Below are positions 29,823-40,619 of a stretch of DNA of 64,000 nt, piece after piece. Positions within the stretch are counted from its first letter, which is position 1. Each line of letters begins with the position of its first letter. Origin of the DNA: Syntrophales bacterium. GTDB taxonomy: Bacteria > Desulfobacterota > Syntrophia > Syntrophales > PHBD01. The stretch spans positions 3,264,001-3,328,000 of the forward strand of contig OY764159.1 in assembly GCA_963668175.1 (NCBI GenBank), given 5' to 3'. The notes under the pieces are model-generated. The model had not been told where the DNA came from, did no database searches, and saw only the letters and a program-made list of their open reading frames with translations. A program made the position numbers and the translations under genes.

Positions 29823-30950
29823 ATGGATAGAAGAAACTTCCTCAAGGGGTCCCTGGCGGCATTGGGGGCCATGGCCATGGAGCCGGAAAAGCTGCTGGCT
29901 GCGGCCGCTTCCGACATTGCCGCCGCGGCTCGGGCTGCCGACAAGATCGACTGCTACTGCCACTTCTCCAGCATGAAGGTGATCGATTACCTCGAAGAAG
30001 CGGGAGGATCAAAACCCCACGTCTTCAGGAGCCTCTTCGCCAACACCCCCGCCCTGATCGATGCGGACCGTCGCCTCGCCCTCATGGACCGGTGCGGCGT
30101 TTCCCGTTCCGTCCTGGTGCCCCTGCCCTGGATCGAAACGTCCCCCGCCGTCTTCGCCGCCCCGCAGAAATGCACCCGGGCGGCCGGTATGATGAACGAC
30201 GCCCTCGCCCGGATCGTCTCCGGGCACCCCGACCGCTTCTCGGCCGTGGCACTGCTCCCGGCGACGAACAGCGGGATCATGATCGAGGAATTGGAACGGG
30301 CGGTGAAACAGATGGGTTTCGCAGGGGGTATGGTGGCCTGCGGCCCCACGGTGAAACGCCTCGACCATCCCGATTATGAACCTCTCTGGGCGTCGGCCGT
30401 GCAACTCGACGTCCCGATCTGGATACACCCCTCCCGGCCGCCGGTTTATCCCGACTACACCGACGAAAAGGTCTCGCAGTACCAGATCTGGCAGACCCTC
30501 TCCTGGCTCATGGACTCTTCCGCCGCCATGGTCCGCCTGGTCTTCGCGGGGGTTTACGACCGTTATCCGGACATGAAGCTTATCATCCACCATCACGGCG
30601 CCCTGGTGCCGCTCTTCGCCCAGCGGATGCAGTACGGCTGGGATTATTTCGAAGAGAGCACGGGGAAGAAACAGCCGACTTCCATTTCGCGTCCCTATAT
30701 CGAGCATTTCCGAAAATTCTACTGCGACACGGCCACCCAGGGACACGAACCCGCCTTGCTGGACATTGCCTGCCGCTTTTTCGGCCCCGATCGGCTTCTC
30801 TACGGTTCGGACGCCCCCATGGATGCTGAGGGCGGAGAGGCCTTCACCCGGGACGCCGCCACGAGTGTTGCGGCCATGACGATATCCGCTGCGGACAAGC
30901 GGCGCATCTACCGGGACAATGCCGTCCGGCTCCTCAAACTCAAGGCTTAG
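29823..30950 (+). CDS. Amidohydrolase_2-family protein with twin-arginine signal peptide
   Basis: MDRRNFLK; HPDRF, PIWIHP, HHHG, FYCDT, LYGSDAP. Confidence 0.88.
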   Translation: MDRRNFLKGSLAALGAMAMEPEKLLAAAASDIAAAARAADKIDCYCHFSSMKVIDYLEEAGGSKPHVFRSLFANTPALIDADRRLALMDRCGVSRSVLVPLPWIETSPAVFAAPQKCTRAAGMMNDALARIVSGHPDRFSAVALLPATNSGIMIEELERAVKQMGFAGGMVACGPTVKRLDHPDYEPLWASAVQLDVPIWIHPSRPPVYPDYTDEKVSQYQIWQTLSWLMDSSAAMVRLVFAGVYDRYPDMKLIIHHHGALVPLFAQRMQYGWDYFEESTGKKQPTSISRPYIEHFRKFYCDTATQGHEPALLDIACRFFGPDRLLYGSDAPMDAEGGEAFTRDAATSVAAMTISAADKRRIYRDNAVRLLKLKA

Positions 30951-31364
30951 CAAGACCGGCGAAGGAAGGCTGTCACCAACAGTAAGAACGCTGGACCCGT
31001 CATCGGAAGATCTTTTACCGGGCTGTTCCTTTCATGCGGAAAGGCGGATCGGTCTTCGCCGGCCCCCTGGATGGATCGTAAATACCTCCCATTGCTGCCA
31101 CCAATTAGATAAACATCGCCATCGTAACGTCCACGGTACAGTCAAGCGCTACTCCCCATTCCATCTCCGTTCGGACCCATTTCGGCATGCCGCCATACAG
31201 GGCAGGAACGGTATACTTTACCTACCGTTAACCATACAGTTAATCCTCATTGCCTGCCGGCGCAGTCTTGCCTATGGTGATCATGACGCAGAGACCCCTC
31301 CCGGGCATGTAACGGATGAGGACGGCTAGTATCGCGACCAGGCAGTCAACTGAGGTTAAAGTGC

Positions 31365-31706
31365 ATGAAAACGGTTAATTCGCTCTTCTGGTTTTTTAGT
31401 CTGGCCGCCATATTATTCCTGGCCGTTCCGAACGCCGGGGCCGCCGATCGGTCCATTTGCAGTCCCGACAGCACCATCTCCCTTCATCCGGGAGGAGCGC
31501 TCCAATCGTGCCGCCTCAGCGACGAATACCGGATAAGCAACGTCACCTGCAAGGGCGATGCACCGATCAGTTTCCATGAGAACGGCAATCTGGAATCGTG
31601 TGTGCTCTCCGATGACACGACCATATCCGGGGAGAAATGCAAAGGAGATGCGCCTGTTTACTTTTACAGCGACGGCAAGCTGAGATCCTGCCTGTACCCG
31701 GAATGA
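31365..31706 (+). CDS. Secreted protein with three 30-aa two-Cys repeats
   Basis: Signal peptide (..NAGAA); three C-x5-(I/V)-x-(L/F)(H/Y)-x2-G-x-L-x-SC units. Confidence 0.8.
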   Translation: MKTVNSLFWFFSLAAILFLAVPNAGAADRSICSPDSTISLHPGGALQSCRLSDEYRISNVTCKGDAPISFHENGNLESCVLSDDTTISGEKCKGDAPVYFYSDGKLRSCLYPE

Positions 31707-31808
31707 TGCCGGACAAGCGCCCACCGCCGATCGGCTCGGTCGGCAGGTATTTTGCCTTCACTGTGCTGACGATCCCGCCTGCCGGCGGGAATGAAGGAGA
31801 AGAAGACC

Positions 31809-32006
31809 ATGGATCAATTGCCCCTGACAAAATGTCCTTGTTGCGGCGGTGCCCTGACCTATGAGAAATTCTATGGTCACGACGAACAGTTCTGGGGATG
31901 GAAATGCCTGTTCTGCGGAGAGATTCTTGATCCCGTCATCCTTGCAAACCGACAACTGATGAAGGCGGGGCACGAATCGGCCCTCCGCCTCGCCAGAAGG
32001 GAATAG
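31809..32006 (+). CDS. Small zinc-finger-like hypothetical protein
   Basis: CPCCGG...WKCLFCGEILDPVI; RBS AAGGAG upstream. Confidence 0.75.
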   Translation: MDQLPLTKCPCCGGALTYEKFYGHDEQFWGWKCLFCGEILDPVILANRQLMKAGHESALRLARRE

Positions 32007-32133
32007 GAGAAACATCCGGCGTACCGGCAAGGGCTTGATTTTACGACCGGGGTCTGATATCAGAGCGTGACCCCGGACGCCTTCCCGAGCATGTTGCCGC
32101 TTCCCGACAGGAACCGGGTCCAGGAGGTTTGTT

Positions 32134-32268
32134 ATGCAGATCGTTGTCGCAACCCAGCCTGTCGTAACGCTCATCGCCGGAGTGTTGATCCTCCTCTTCC
32201 CGAAACTCCTCAATTATATCGTAGCGATTTATCTAATCGTCATGGGCCTGATCGGACTGTTGCGCTGA
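32134..32268 (+). CDS. DUF3096-type small membrane protein (44 aa; not in ORF track)
   Basis: AGGAGG RBS; MQIVVATQPVVTLIAGVLILLFPKLLNYIVAIYLIVMGLIGLLR. Confidence 0.88.
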   Translation: MQIVVATQPVVTLIAGVLILLFPKLLNYIVAIYLIVMGLIGLLR

Positions 32269-32285
32269 GCAACACCAATCTCCCC

Positions 32286-32314
32286 TTGACGCACCTACCG
32301 TTTTACATCATAAT
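32286..32314 (+). promoter_or_regulatory. Sigma-70 promoter
   Basis: TTGACG-N17-CATAAT. Confidence 0.55.
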
Positions 32315-32436
32315 ACGTTTTATGACGATCCTCGGCGTTTCATCGCCGGCATCAGGCGGGCACCGATGGTTCCCGGCAGCATGGGTGCGAGTACGGACCG
32401 GCAGGAAGAAACCGTTTTGACAAGATGGGGGAGAAA

Positions 32437-33102
32437 ATGAAGAAGCTGCTATTCGGAACGTTCTTTACAGTGTTGGTCGTAATCGGCGGAGGACAGGCCT
32501 TGGCGCAGGCCGACGTCAATGTGAACGTCAATATCGGGCTTCCGCCGCCCATGGCTTTCCCTGCGCCTCCGGCGCTTGTCGTCCTGCCCGGAACTTACAT
32601 CTATGCCGTCCCCGGCGCCGCGGCGGACATCTTTTTCTTCAACGGCTGGTGGTGGCGTCCCTGGGAGGGACGCTGGTATCGCTCGCGCCACTACGACTCC
32701 GGGTGGGTTTTCTACCGCAACGTTCCGGCATTTTACAAGAGAGTGCCGCCGGGCTGGAGGGACGATTACGGGGCGCACCGCTGGGAAGGACGCCCATGGA
32801 ATTATGAGCGCATTAACCACGACCAGGTCCAGAAGAACTGGCGGAACTGGGAGAGGGACAGGTACTGGGAGAAACGTCAGACATGGGGCGTTCAGGGTTA
32901 TCAGCCCCGGACGCAAGGCCCAAAGTCCCGTCCACAGGCCGTGGAGACCAGACCGGAACGATCCTTCCATCGGCAGGAGGCTCCGCCCGCCCATAGGGGC
33001 GCAGGACATCCGCAGCGCGAAGAGGCGCCGCCGATGCGGGAAGGCCGCCCCCATGATGGCGACCGGGAACGATGGGATGGAGAAAGGCACCGCAGGCAAT
33101 AA
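32437..33102 (+). CDS. Secreted Trp/Arg-rich hypothetical protein
   Basis: Signal peptide (QALA), VNVNVNIG, Pro-rich linker, W-rich core, charged disordered tail. Confidence 0.8.
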   Translation: MKKLLFGTFFTVLVVIGGGQALAQADVNVNVNIGLPPPMAFPAPPALVVLPGTYIYAVPGAAADIFFFNGWWWRPWEGRWYRSRHYDSGWVFYRNVPAFYKRVPPGWRDDYGAHRWEGRPWNYERINHDQVQKNWRNWERDRYWEKRQTWGVQGYQPRTQGPKSRPQAVETRPERSFHRQEAPPAHRGAGHPQREEAPPMREGRPHDGDRERWDGERHRRQ

Positions 33103-33613
33103 TATAGAAAACCTATCATAAAAGTTACACGCATTCACCGGGAGCGTTGTCCGTCTCCCGGTGAATATATCCGATTTTCCCTCGCCGTCCACCGATAAAA
33201 AACAAACCGATTCTGTCCCGTAAACCTTTTCCCGACGTTTCTCTTCCCGGTCTGAAAAATGCAATTCATTCCTATTTTAAATTGACATTAAGATTATATT
33301 GCATTAATCATACATAAACAAATGATAGCTATCTGGAAAGCTGATAATCCGCAGTTTGAAAGACATATAAGCGGTTTCCGGGGTAATTCCGCCGCGACGC
33401 ACCCCGGATCGAGCCCTTACTCTCTAGCAATAAGCATATATTCCGAAGCAAAGGCTCAGCCGAACGTATTCAAAGGAATATCTCTACACTGTGTCGATTC
33501 CGGCAAAGAAGGGGGGGATAGTCGGCAGAACGCTAAGAGGCGGTTCTTCCATTTGTTTTTCCGATGAAGGATGAAAGACTCGACCAATCCATCTATCATG
33601 CAGGAGGTGTATC

Positions 33614-34480
33614 GTGAAATCAGCAAAGTCCTTATTGCTTTCCTCAATCATAGCCATTCTCATGCTTGTTTTTACCCTTCCGGCGCTGGCGGAGCCGCCG
33701 GCGGGAAATACCAACCAGTTCACATTCGATTTCGGCTTCAACTACCGCTATTTCGACTACAAGGAGGACCTCAATCTCCCCCAGAAGAGCACGGAAAGCG
33801 GCTGGCTGCCCGGCGTCTATTTTAATTTCGCTTTCCAGAAGAAATCGACCATCTATACGAAAGTCCATGTCGATTTCGCCGCCGCCGACATCGACTACGA
33901 CGGCTCGACGCAAAGCGGCCGTCCGGTCACTTTCTCAGACCAGAAGGCCAGGCTCTTCAAGTTCGAATGGGATGTCGGCTATCCGATCCCCATCGGAAAA
34001 AGCTTCACCCTGACGCCCTACGTGGGTTACGGCTTCCGTTACTGGCAGCGGGGGGAATCCCGGTACATCGCCAGCGCCAACGCCTATTTCATCAAGGAAG
34101 AGTATCTCTGGCATTACATCCCCGTCGGCATAACGGCCAATTACGATATTACGGACAGGTGGTCCATCGGAGGAACCGCATCGGCCAACATCATGTTCAG
34201 CGGCAAGATGAAGGCCTATGCCTCTGAAGTCGTTGCGGGTGTAGGCGATATCGATTTCACGCTGGGGAACAAGGTGGGGTTCTTCGCCGAGATGCCCGTC
34301 ACTTTCAGGTTCACAAAGAACTGGGCGATGGTTCTCACACCCTGGTACGAATACAGCGAATTCGGCCAGAGCGATACGGTCAACGTCACGTACGCGGGAA
34401 CCGTCATCGGCCGCGCATACGAGCCGGCAAGCAAAACCCACCAGTACGGCGCCAACCTGGGGGCCAATTTCTCTTTTTGA
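33614..34480 (+). CDS. Outer-membrane beta-barrel protein
   Basis: AGGAGG RBS, signal peptide (PALA), alternating aromatic beta pattern, TPYVGYGFRYW, C-terminal Phe (ANFSF). Confidence 0.8.
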   Translation: MKSAKSLLLSSIIAILMLVFTLPALAEPPAGNTNQFTFDFGFNYRYFDYKEDLNLPQKSTESGWLPGVYFNFAFQKKSTIYTKVHVDFAAADIDYDGSTQSGRPVTFSDQKARLFKFEWDVGYPIPIGKSFTLTPYVGYGFRYWQRGESRYIASANAYFIKEEYLWHYIPVGITANYDITDRWSIGGTASANIMFSGKMKAYASEVVAGVGDIDFTLGNKVGFFAEMPVTFRFTKNWAMVLTPWYEYSEFGQSDTVNVTYAGTVIGRAYEPASKTHQYGANLGANFSF

Positions 34481-35016
34481 GAGTCATCTCCATGCGGTTC
34501 CCGGCGATATCGTTTCCCCGTGAAATCGCCGGGACCGCCTGATTCACGGCAGACATTCCCTGCGACAAGCTGTCGATTCCCGGATCGTTCGCTCCGACGC
34601 TCGCCCGTTATTCTCGCCATCTGAACATTCTTCTTTCTCGTATTCCTCAGTCACCTGAAATCCGAACGTCACTTCGCCATCAACAATGTCCCTCCCTTAA
34701 TGCAAAGAAAGCGGCCAATCCCTTTGCGGCAAAGCACAAGGCGGCCTCGATTTTTTTTATCATCCGGCCGTAATCCGCAGTCGTTACGCATGGCAAAGTC
34801 CCGTTCAGGGTTTTCGAAGGCCATAATCAGTCTTTTCCCGATAGCGCTAAATTCACGATTTTTTTATAGTATGTGAAGCGGAAGCTCGGACGATGCGTTC
34901 CGGACGGTTAGAGCCGCCGTTTCGTTTGTTCCCGGACTCCGGCAGGCGGCGGGGCATCGATCATAACGGCGAAACCATGTGACGTAATCTGCAAAATGGA
35001 GACATCGGGAGGCACC

Positions 35017-38000
35017 ATGAATGTATCGCGGCGGCAATTTTTCAAGATTTGCGGTATCGGTTTGGGCGGATCGTCCCTGGCAACGATGGGATTCTCACCT
35101 GCTCCGGTTATGGCTGAAGTGCGCCAGTACAAGCTCCTGCGCGCCGTCGAGGCAAGGAACACCTGTACATACTGTTCGGTTTCCTGCGGTCTTCTCATGT
35201 ACTCCCTGGGAGACCGCGCCAAGAACGCCAAACCGTCCATCATTCACATCGAAGGCGACCCCGACCACCCGGTGAACCGGGGAACCCTCTGCCCTAAGGG
35301 CGCTGCGCTTCTCGATTACGTCCACAGCCCGAACCGTCTGAAATATCCTGAAGTGCGGGAACCGGGCACCAACGAATGGAAACGCATCTCCTGGGACGAG
35401 GCGATCGACCGCATCGCGAAGCTCATGAAGGCCGACCGGGATGCCAACTTCGTCGCCAAGAACGCCGAGGGTGCCACAGTCAACCGATGGCTGACGACGG
35501 GTATGCTGGCGGCCTCCGCCTCAAGCAACGAATCGGGCTACCTGACCCACAAAGTAATCCGGTCTTTAGGTATCCTTGCCTTCGACAATCAGGCCCGGGT
35601 CTGACACGGTCCGACGGTGGCCAGTCTGGCCGCCACATTCGGACGCGGGGCAATGACCAACCATTGGGTCGACATCAAGAATGCCGACATTGTTCTCATC
35701 ATGGGCGGCAACGCCGCCGAGGCCCATCCCTGCGGCTTCAAATGGGTGATCGAGGCGAAGAAACACAACAAGGCGAAACTTATCGTCGTCGATCCGCGCT
35801 TCACCCGTTCGGCTTCCATGGCCGATTACTACGCACCTATCCGTACCGGCACCGACATCGCCTTCCTGGGCGGCGTGATCAATTACCTCCTGACCAACGA
35901 CAAGATCCAGCACGAATACGTCAAGGCCTACACGGACATGACCTTCCTGGTCAACGACGGATTCAATTTCGACAACGGCCTCTATTCGGGCTATAACGCG
36001 GAGAAGCGCACCTATGACCGCTCGTCATGGGGTTACCAGCTCGGCGCGGACGGTTACGTCAAGACCGACCCGACGATGCAGAATCCGCGCTGCGTCTACC
36101 AGCTCCTGAAGAAGCACTACAGCCGCTATACACCGGAAGTCGTGGAGAAGGTCTGCGGCACCCCGAAGGCGCAGTTCCTCAAAGTGGCGGAAATGATCGC
36201 CTCGACGGCCACCACGGACCGCGCGATGACCATCATGTACGCCCTCGGCTGGACACAGCACTCCCTGGGAACACAGATGATCCGCACGGGGGCCATGGTC
36301 CAGCTTCTCCTCGGGAACATCGGCCTGTCCGGCGGCGGGATGAATGCGCTCCGCGGCCATTCCAACATCCAGGGTTTAACGGACCTGGGACTCCTCTCCA
36401 ACGCCCTTACCGGCTACATGAACCTCCCGGGCGAAAAGGAGACGGACTACGGCGCCTATATCAAGAATCAGGCTCCGAAGGCGTTACGCCCCAACCAGAT
36501 GTCCTACTGGCAGAATTTCGAAAAGTTCTACGTGAGCCTCATGAAGGCCTGGTTCGGCGACGCCGCAACGAAGGACAACAACTGGTGCTTCGACTGGCTG
36601 CCCAAGGTGGACAAGCTCCACGACGCGCTCCAGGTATACGAAGATATGTACCAGGGCCGGATGAACGGCTATCTTTGCCAGGGATTCAACGCAATCGCTG
36701 CCTTTCCGAACAAGGCCAAACTGATAGCCGCCTTCTCGAAGCTGAAATTCCTCGTCGTCATGGACCCTTTGTCCACGGAGACCGCCGAGTTCTGGAAGAA
36801 CTACGGTCCCTATAACGACGTCGATCCTACCAAGATCCAGACCGCGGTCTTCAACCTCCCCGTCGCCTGCTTTGCCGAAGAAGACGGGGCGCTCGTCAAT
36901 TCGGGACGATGGCTCCAGTGGCACTGGCCGGGACAGGACCCGCCCGGCGAGGCCATCGTATCGACGACCGTCATGGCCCGCATCTTCCTGCGTCTGCGGG
37001 AACTTTACAAGAAAGACGGCGGCGCGTTCCCCGATCCGATCCTGAACCTCACCTGGCCCTACCGGATCCCCGACGATCCGTCTTCCGAGGAACTGGCCCG
37101 GGAATATTCGGGCAAGGCCTTGGCCGACTTGAAGGACCCGAAGGACCCGACAAAAATCATCAGGAAAGCGGGCGAGCAGCTCGACGGCTTCGCCCAATTG
37201 CAGAGCGACGGCACGACGGCCTGCGGATGCTGGCTTTACTGTGGTGCCTGGACGCAGGCCGGAAACATGATGGCCCGGCGCGACAACTCGGACCCCTTCG
37301 GCATGGGGCAGACCCTCAACTGGTCCTGGTCCTGGCCGGCAAACCGCCGCATCATGTACAATCGGGCCTCCGCGAATCCGGAAGGAAAGCCCTGGAGCCA
37401 GAAACACAAGGTCATATGGTGGAACGGCAAGACATGGACGGGAACGGACGTGCCGGACGTCAAGCCCGACTCCGACCCCAAAGACGGGATGGGGCCGTTC
37501 ATCATGAACCCGGAGGGTATTGGCCGCCTTTTCTGCGTGAACAAGCTGGCCGACGGGCCTTTCCCGGAGCATTATGAACCGTTCGAGTCGCCCCTCGGCG
37601 TAAACCCGCTCAATACGAACAAGCTGGCCGTCTTCAACCCGGCCGCCCGGGTCTTCAAGGGCGACATGGAGCAGATGGGCCAGGCCAAGGACTTCCCCTA
37701 TGCCGCCACGACCTATCGCCTGACGGAGCATTTCCACTACTGGACGAAGAATTGCCTGATCAACGCCGTCCTGCAGCCGGAGCAGTTTGTGGAAATCGAC
37801 GAGGAACTGGCGGCGGAAAAAGGCATCAAGAGCGGAAGCCTGGTCAAGGTGCGGTCCAACCGCGGCCAGATCCAGGCCGTGGCGGTCGTGACGAAGCGCC
37901 TCCAGCCCCTCATGGTGAACGGGAAGAAGCTTCACCACATCGGCATTCCGATCCATTGGGGCTACAAAGGCCTGGCCAAGAAGGGCTATCTGACGAACAC

Positions 38001-38079
38001 CCTGACGCCGTTTGTCGGCGACGCGAATTCGCAGACGCCCGAGTTCAAGTCATTCCTCGTCAACATCGAAAAGGCATAA
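35017..38079 (+). CDS. fdnG: Formate dehydrogenase-N alpha subunit, selenocysteine-containing (UGA codon 196 at 35602-35604)
   Basis: Tat [19 protein letters not shown] Fe-[16 protein letters not shown]; two track ORFs join in one frame across [13 protein letters not shown]. Confidence 0.97.
35605..35640 (+). promoter_or_regulatory. Bacterial SECIS element
   Basis: Stem GGTGGCCA/TGGCCGCC begins 11 nt after the UGA, with GT in the apical loop. Confidence 0.85.
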
Positions 38080-38089
38080 GGAGGCTGCC

Positions 38090-38980
38090 ATGGCACTGCA
38101 ATCACTCGATATCGTCCGCCGTTCCGCGACAACGACCGAAAGCCCCCGGATCCGCCGGACGGAGGAAGTCGCCAAGCTGATCGACGTCTCCACCTGCATC
38201 GGCTGCAAGGCCTGCCAGGCGGCCTGCATGGAATGGAACGACGTACGCGACAACGTGGGAAGCAACCGCGGCGTCTACGACAACCCGCCCGATCTTTCCG
38301 CCGCCTCCTGGACGATTATGCGCTACGCTGAACGGAAGGACGGCGACAGGCTGGAATGGCTGATCCGCAAGGACGGCTGCATGCACTGCCAGGACCCGGG
38401 CTGCCTTAAGGCCTGCCCCGCACCCGGCGCCATCGTTCAGTACGCCAACGGGATCGTCGACTTCCATGAAGAGAACTGTATCGGCTGCGGTTACTGCATC
38501 ACCGGCTGTCCTTTCAACATTCCCCGCCTGTCCGCCAAGGACAGCAAGGTCTATAAATGCACCCTCTGTTCGGACCGGGTGGCCGTAGGCATGGAACCCG
38601 CCTGCATCAAGGCCTGTCCCACGGGAGCGCTGCAATTCGGCAGCAAGGAGCAGATGAAGGAATACGCCGGGGAGCGCGTCGCCGAGCTCAAGTCGCGCGG
38701 CTTCGACAAGGCCGGCCTTTACGATCCTCCCGGCGTCGGCGGCACGCACGTCATGTACGTCCTGCATTACGCCGACAACCCGGGGCTTTATAACGGCCTG
38801 GCTTCGGATCCGGGCGTCAGCCCCCTTGTCTCGCTGTGGAAGGGATTCGCCAAGCCCCTTGCCCTCTTCGGCCTGGGCGCCCTTGTGGCCGGGAGTTTCT
38901 TCCACTACATCGTCACAGGGCCGAATGAAGTCTCCGAGGAGCCGGAGAAAGACACGGGAAAGGAGGAACAAGACCGATGA
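38090..38980 (+). CDS. fdnH: Formate dehydrogenase beta (Fe-S) subunit
   Basis: [50 protein letters not shown]-terminal TM; AAGGAGG RBS. Confidence 0.96.
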   Translation: MALQSLDIVRRSATTTESPRIRRTEEVAKLIDVSTCIGCKACQAACMEWNDVRDNVGSNRGVYDNPPDLSAASWTIMRYAERKDGDRLEWLIRKDGCMHCQDPGCLKACPAPGAIVQYANGIVDFHEENCIGCGYCITGCPFNIPRLSAKDSKVYKCTLCSDRVAVGMEPACIKACPTGALQFGSKEQMKEYAGERVAELKSRGFDKAGLYDPPGVGGTHVMYVLHYADNPGLYNGLASDPGVSPLVSLWKGFAKPLALFGLGALVAGSFFHYIVTGPNEVSEEPEKDTGKEEQDR

Positions 38981-39603
38981 CCAGAAATCCGCAAGACCTG
39001 AAACGTTACACCCCCAGGGAGAGAGTCAACCACTGGACCATCGCCGTCTGCTTCATTCTCCTTACCCTTTCCGGCCTGTCGTTTTTTCACCCCTCCATGT
39101 GGCCGTTGACGGATATCTTCGGCGGCGGCGTATGGACACGCATCCTCCATCCGTATATCGGCCTCGTCCTGACCGTGGCTTTCGCCTTATTTTTTCTCCG
39201 CTTACGCAAGCATAACGAGATGAAGCCGATCGACTGGGAATGGATGAAAAAGGCCAAGGGGCTGATGACGGGCGACGCCCACGGCATGCCGGCCCAGGAA
39301 CGCTACAACGGCGGACAGAAAATCCTGTTCTGGTCGCTCTCCGCGTGCCTCCTCGTCATGCTTCTATCCGGCATCTGTATCTGGCGCGCATGGTTCAACC
39401 TTCCGGTTGTGCTCGTGCGCCTTGCCGCCGTCCTCCATGCCGCCGCGGGAGCGGTGATGATCGGCATCGTCATCGGCCACATCTATCTCAGCATCTGGAC
39501 CAAGGGAACGATCCGGGCCATGGTGTCCGGCACCGTGACGCGCGCCTGGGCAAAGCAACACCATGCCCTCTGGTACGAGACCATGACGGGCGGCCGGCCA
39601 TGA
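38977..39603 (+). CDS. fdnI: Formate dehydrogenase gamma subunit (cytochrome b556)
   Basis: ERVNHW, RILHP, YNGGQK, HIY, AWAKQHH..WY; four TM segments. Confidence 0.95.
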   Translation: MTRNPQDLKRYTPRERVNHWTIAVCFILLTLSGLSFFHPSMWPLTDIFGGGVWTRILHPYIGLVLTVAFALFFLRLRKHNEMKPIDWEWMKKAKGLMTGDAHGMPAQERYNGGQKILFWSLSACLLVMLLSGICIWRAWFNLPVVLVRLAAVLHAAAGAVMIGIVIGHIYLSIWTKGTIRAMVSGTVTRAWAKQHHALWYETMTGGRP

Positions 39604-40520
39604 CCATGGATGTTTGTGAAAATCAACACCCGACGGAGAGCAGCTTCCCGGCAACGATATTCCCCCGTCGCGACCGGATCTTCCTGGAACGGGCGCGGCG
39701 CTTCGATGTCCTTGCCGAAGGGCACGGCCTTTCCGGGTGGCTTGGTTTTCTCGGCCGCCTGACCAAGAGCCAGCACGATATTCTCCAGGATTATCCGAGC
39801 CCGGCGCTGCCGGATGAAGAGGCATTGATTCTCGCCCGCAGACACGGAATGCCCCCGATACCGGCCGCTTTCCTGCCGCGCGACCCTGCCTGGCGCGGGA
39901 TTGCGACAGGCCTTGCCGAAGCCCTCCTCCCCCACGCTCCGGCCTCGGCCCGGGACACGCTCGGTAAGCTGCTGACTTTAGGCGATATTTCCCTGGAAAC
40001 CATCGCCGACCGGATTCTCAAGCTGGAGATCGACGGCCCCGATATCGATGTCTTCCCCTTCGTAGCCGCCGCGCTGCAGGTACACTGGACGGCCATGGCC
40101 GCCGCGCTGTCCGGGATCGAAATCGCCCCGCCGGCCGCACCGGGTGTCTGCCCCTGCTGCGGTTTTCCGCCTGTGGCCAGTATCGTGCGCACCGACGGCG
40201 ACGTGGCGAGGCTCCGCTACCTGCACTGCGCCCTCTGCAACACCGAATGGCACCTGGTCCGGGTCACTTGCGCCGGCTGCGGCGACAACAACCGCATCGC
40301 CTACCATCTCATCGACGGCAGCGACGAGGCCGTCCGGGCCGAAACCTGCGACTCATGCAACGGGTACCTCAAGATCGTCTACCGGGAGAAGTCCCCCCAG
40401 GCGGACCCCGTGGCGGACGACCTCGCCACACTGGCCCTCGACCTGCTCATCGCCGAGCAGCCGTATAATCGCCTGGGTCCGAACCTTCTCTTCGTATGCG
40501 GGGAAGAAAACGCGCCTTGA
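39600..40520 (+). CDS. fdhE: Formate dehydrogenase accessory protein FdhE
   Basis: CPCCG, RYLHCALCNTEWH, CAGCG, AETCDSCNGYLK, ADDLATLALD. Confidence 0.95.
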   Translation: MTMDVCENQHPTESSFPATIFPRRDRIFLERARRFDVLAEGHGLSGWLGFLGRLTKSQHDILQDYPSPALPDEEALILARRHGMPPIPAAFLPRDPAWRGIATGLAEALLPHAPASARDTLGKLLTLGDISLETIADRILKLEIDGPDIDVFPFVAAALQVHWTAMAAALSGIEIAPPAAPGVCPCCGFPPVASIVRTDGDVARLRYLHCALCNTEWHLVRVTCAGCGDNNRIAYHLIDGSDEAVRAETCDSCNGYLKIVYREKSPQADPVADDLATLALDLLIAEQPYNRLGPNLLFVCGEENAP

Positions 40521-40619
40521 GGCGTTGCGGCGGGCGAAAAAATACGGCTGTTTTCCCTTGCCTTGTATGGTATAATATGGGCCTCTTCGGAACGATGAAA
40601 CCGTATATGAGACCCGGCC

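Noticed and set aside
34703..34718. Sigma-54 promoter on the minus strand upstream of fdn
   Set aside because: Spacing is GG-N11-GC rather than N10, and it points away from fdnG
35602..35604. fdnG as a pseudogene or two genes
   Set aside because: The TGA sits at the conserved Sec position with a correctly spaced SECIS, and the frame is continuous
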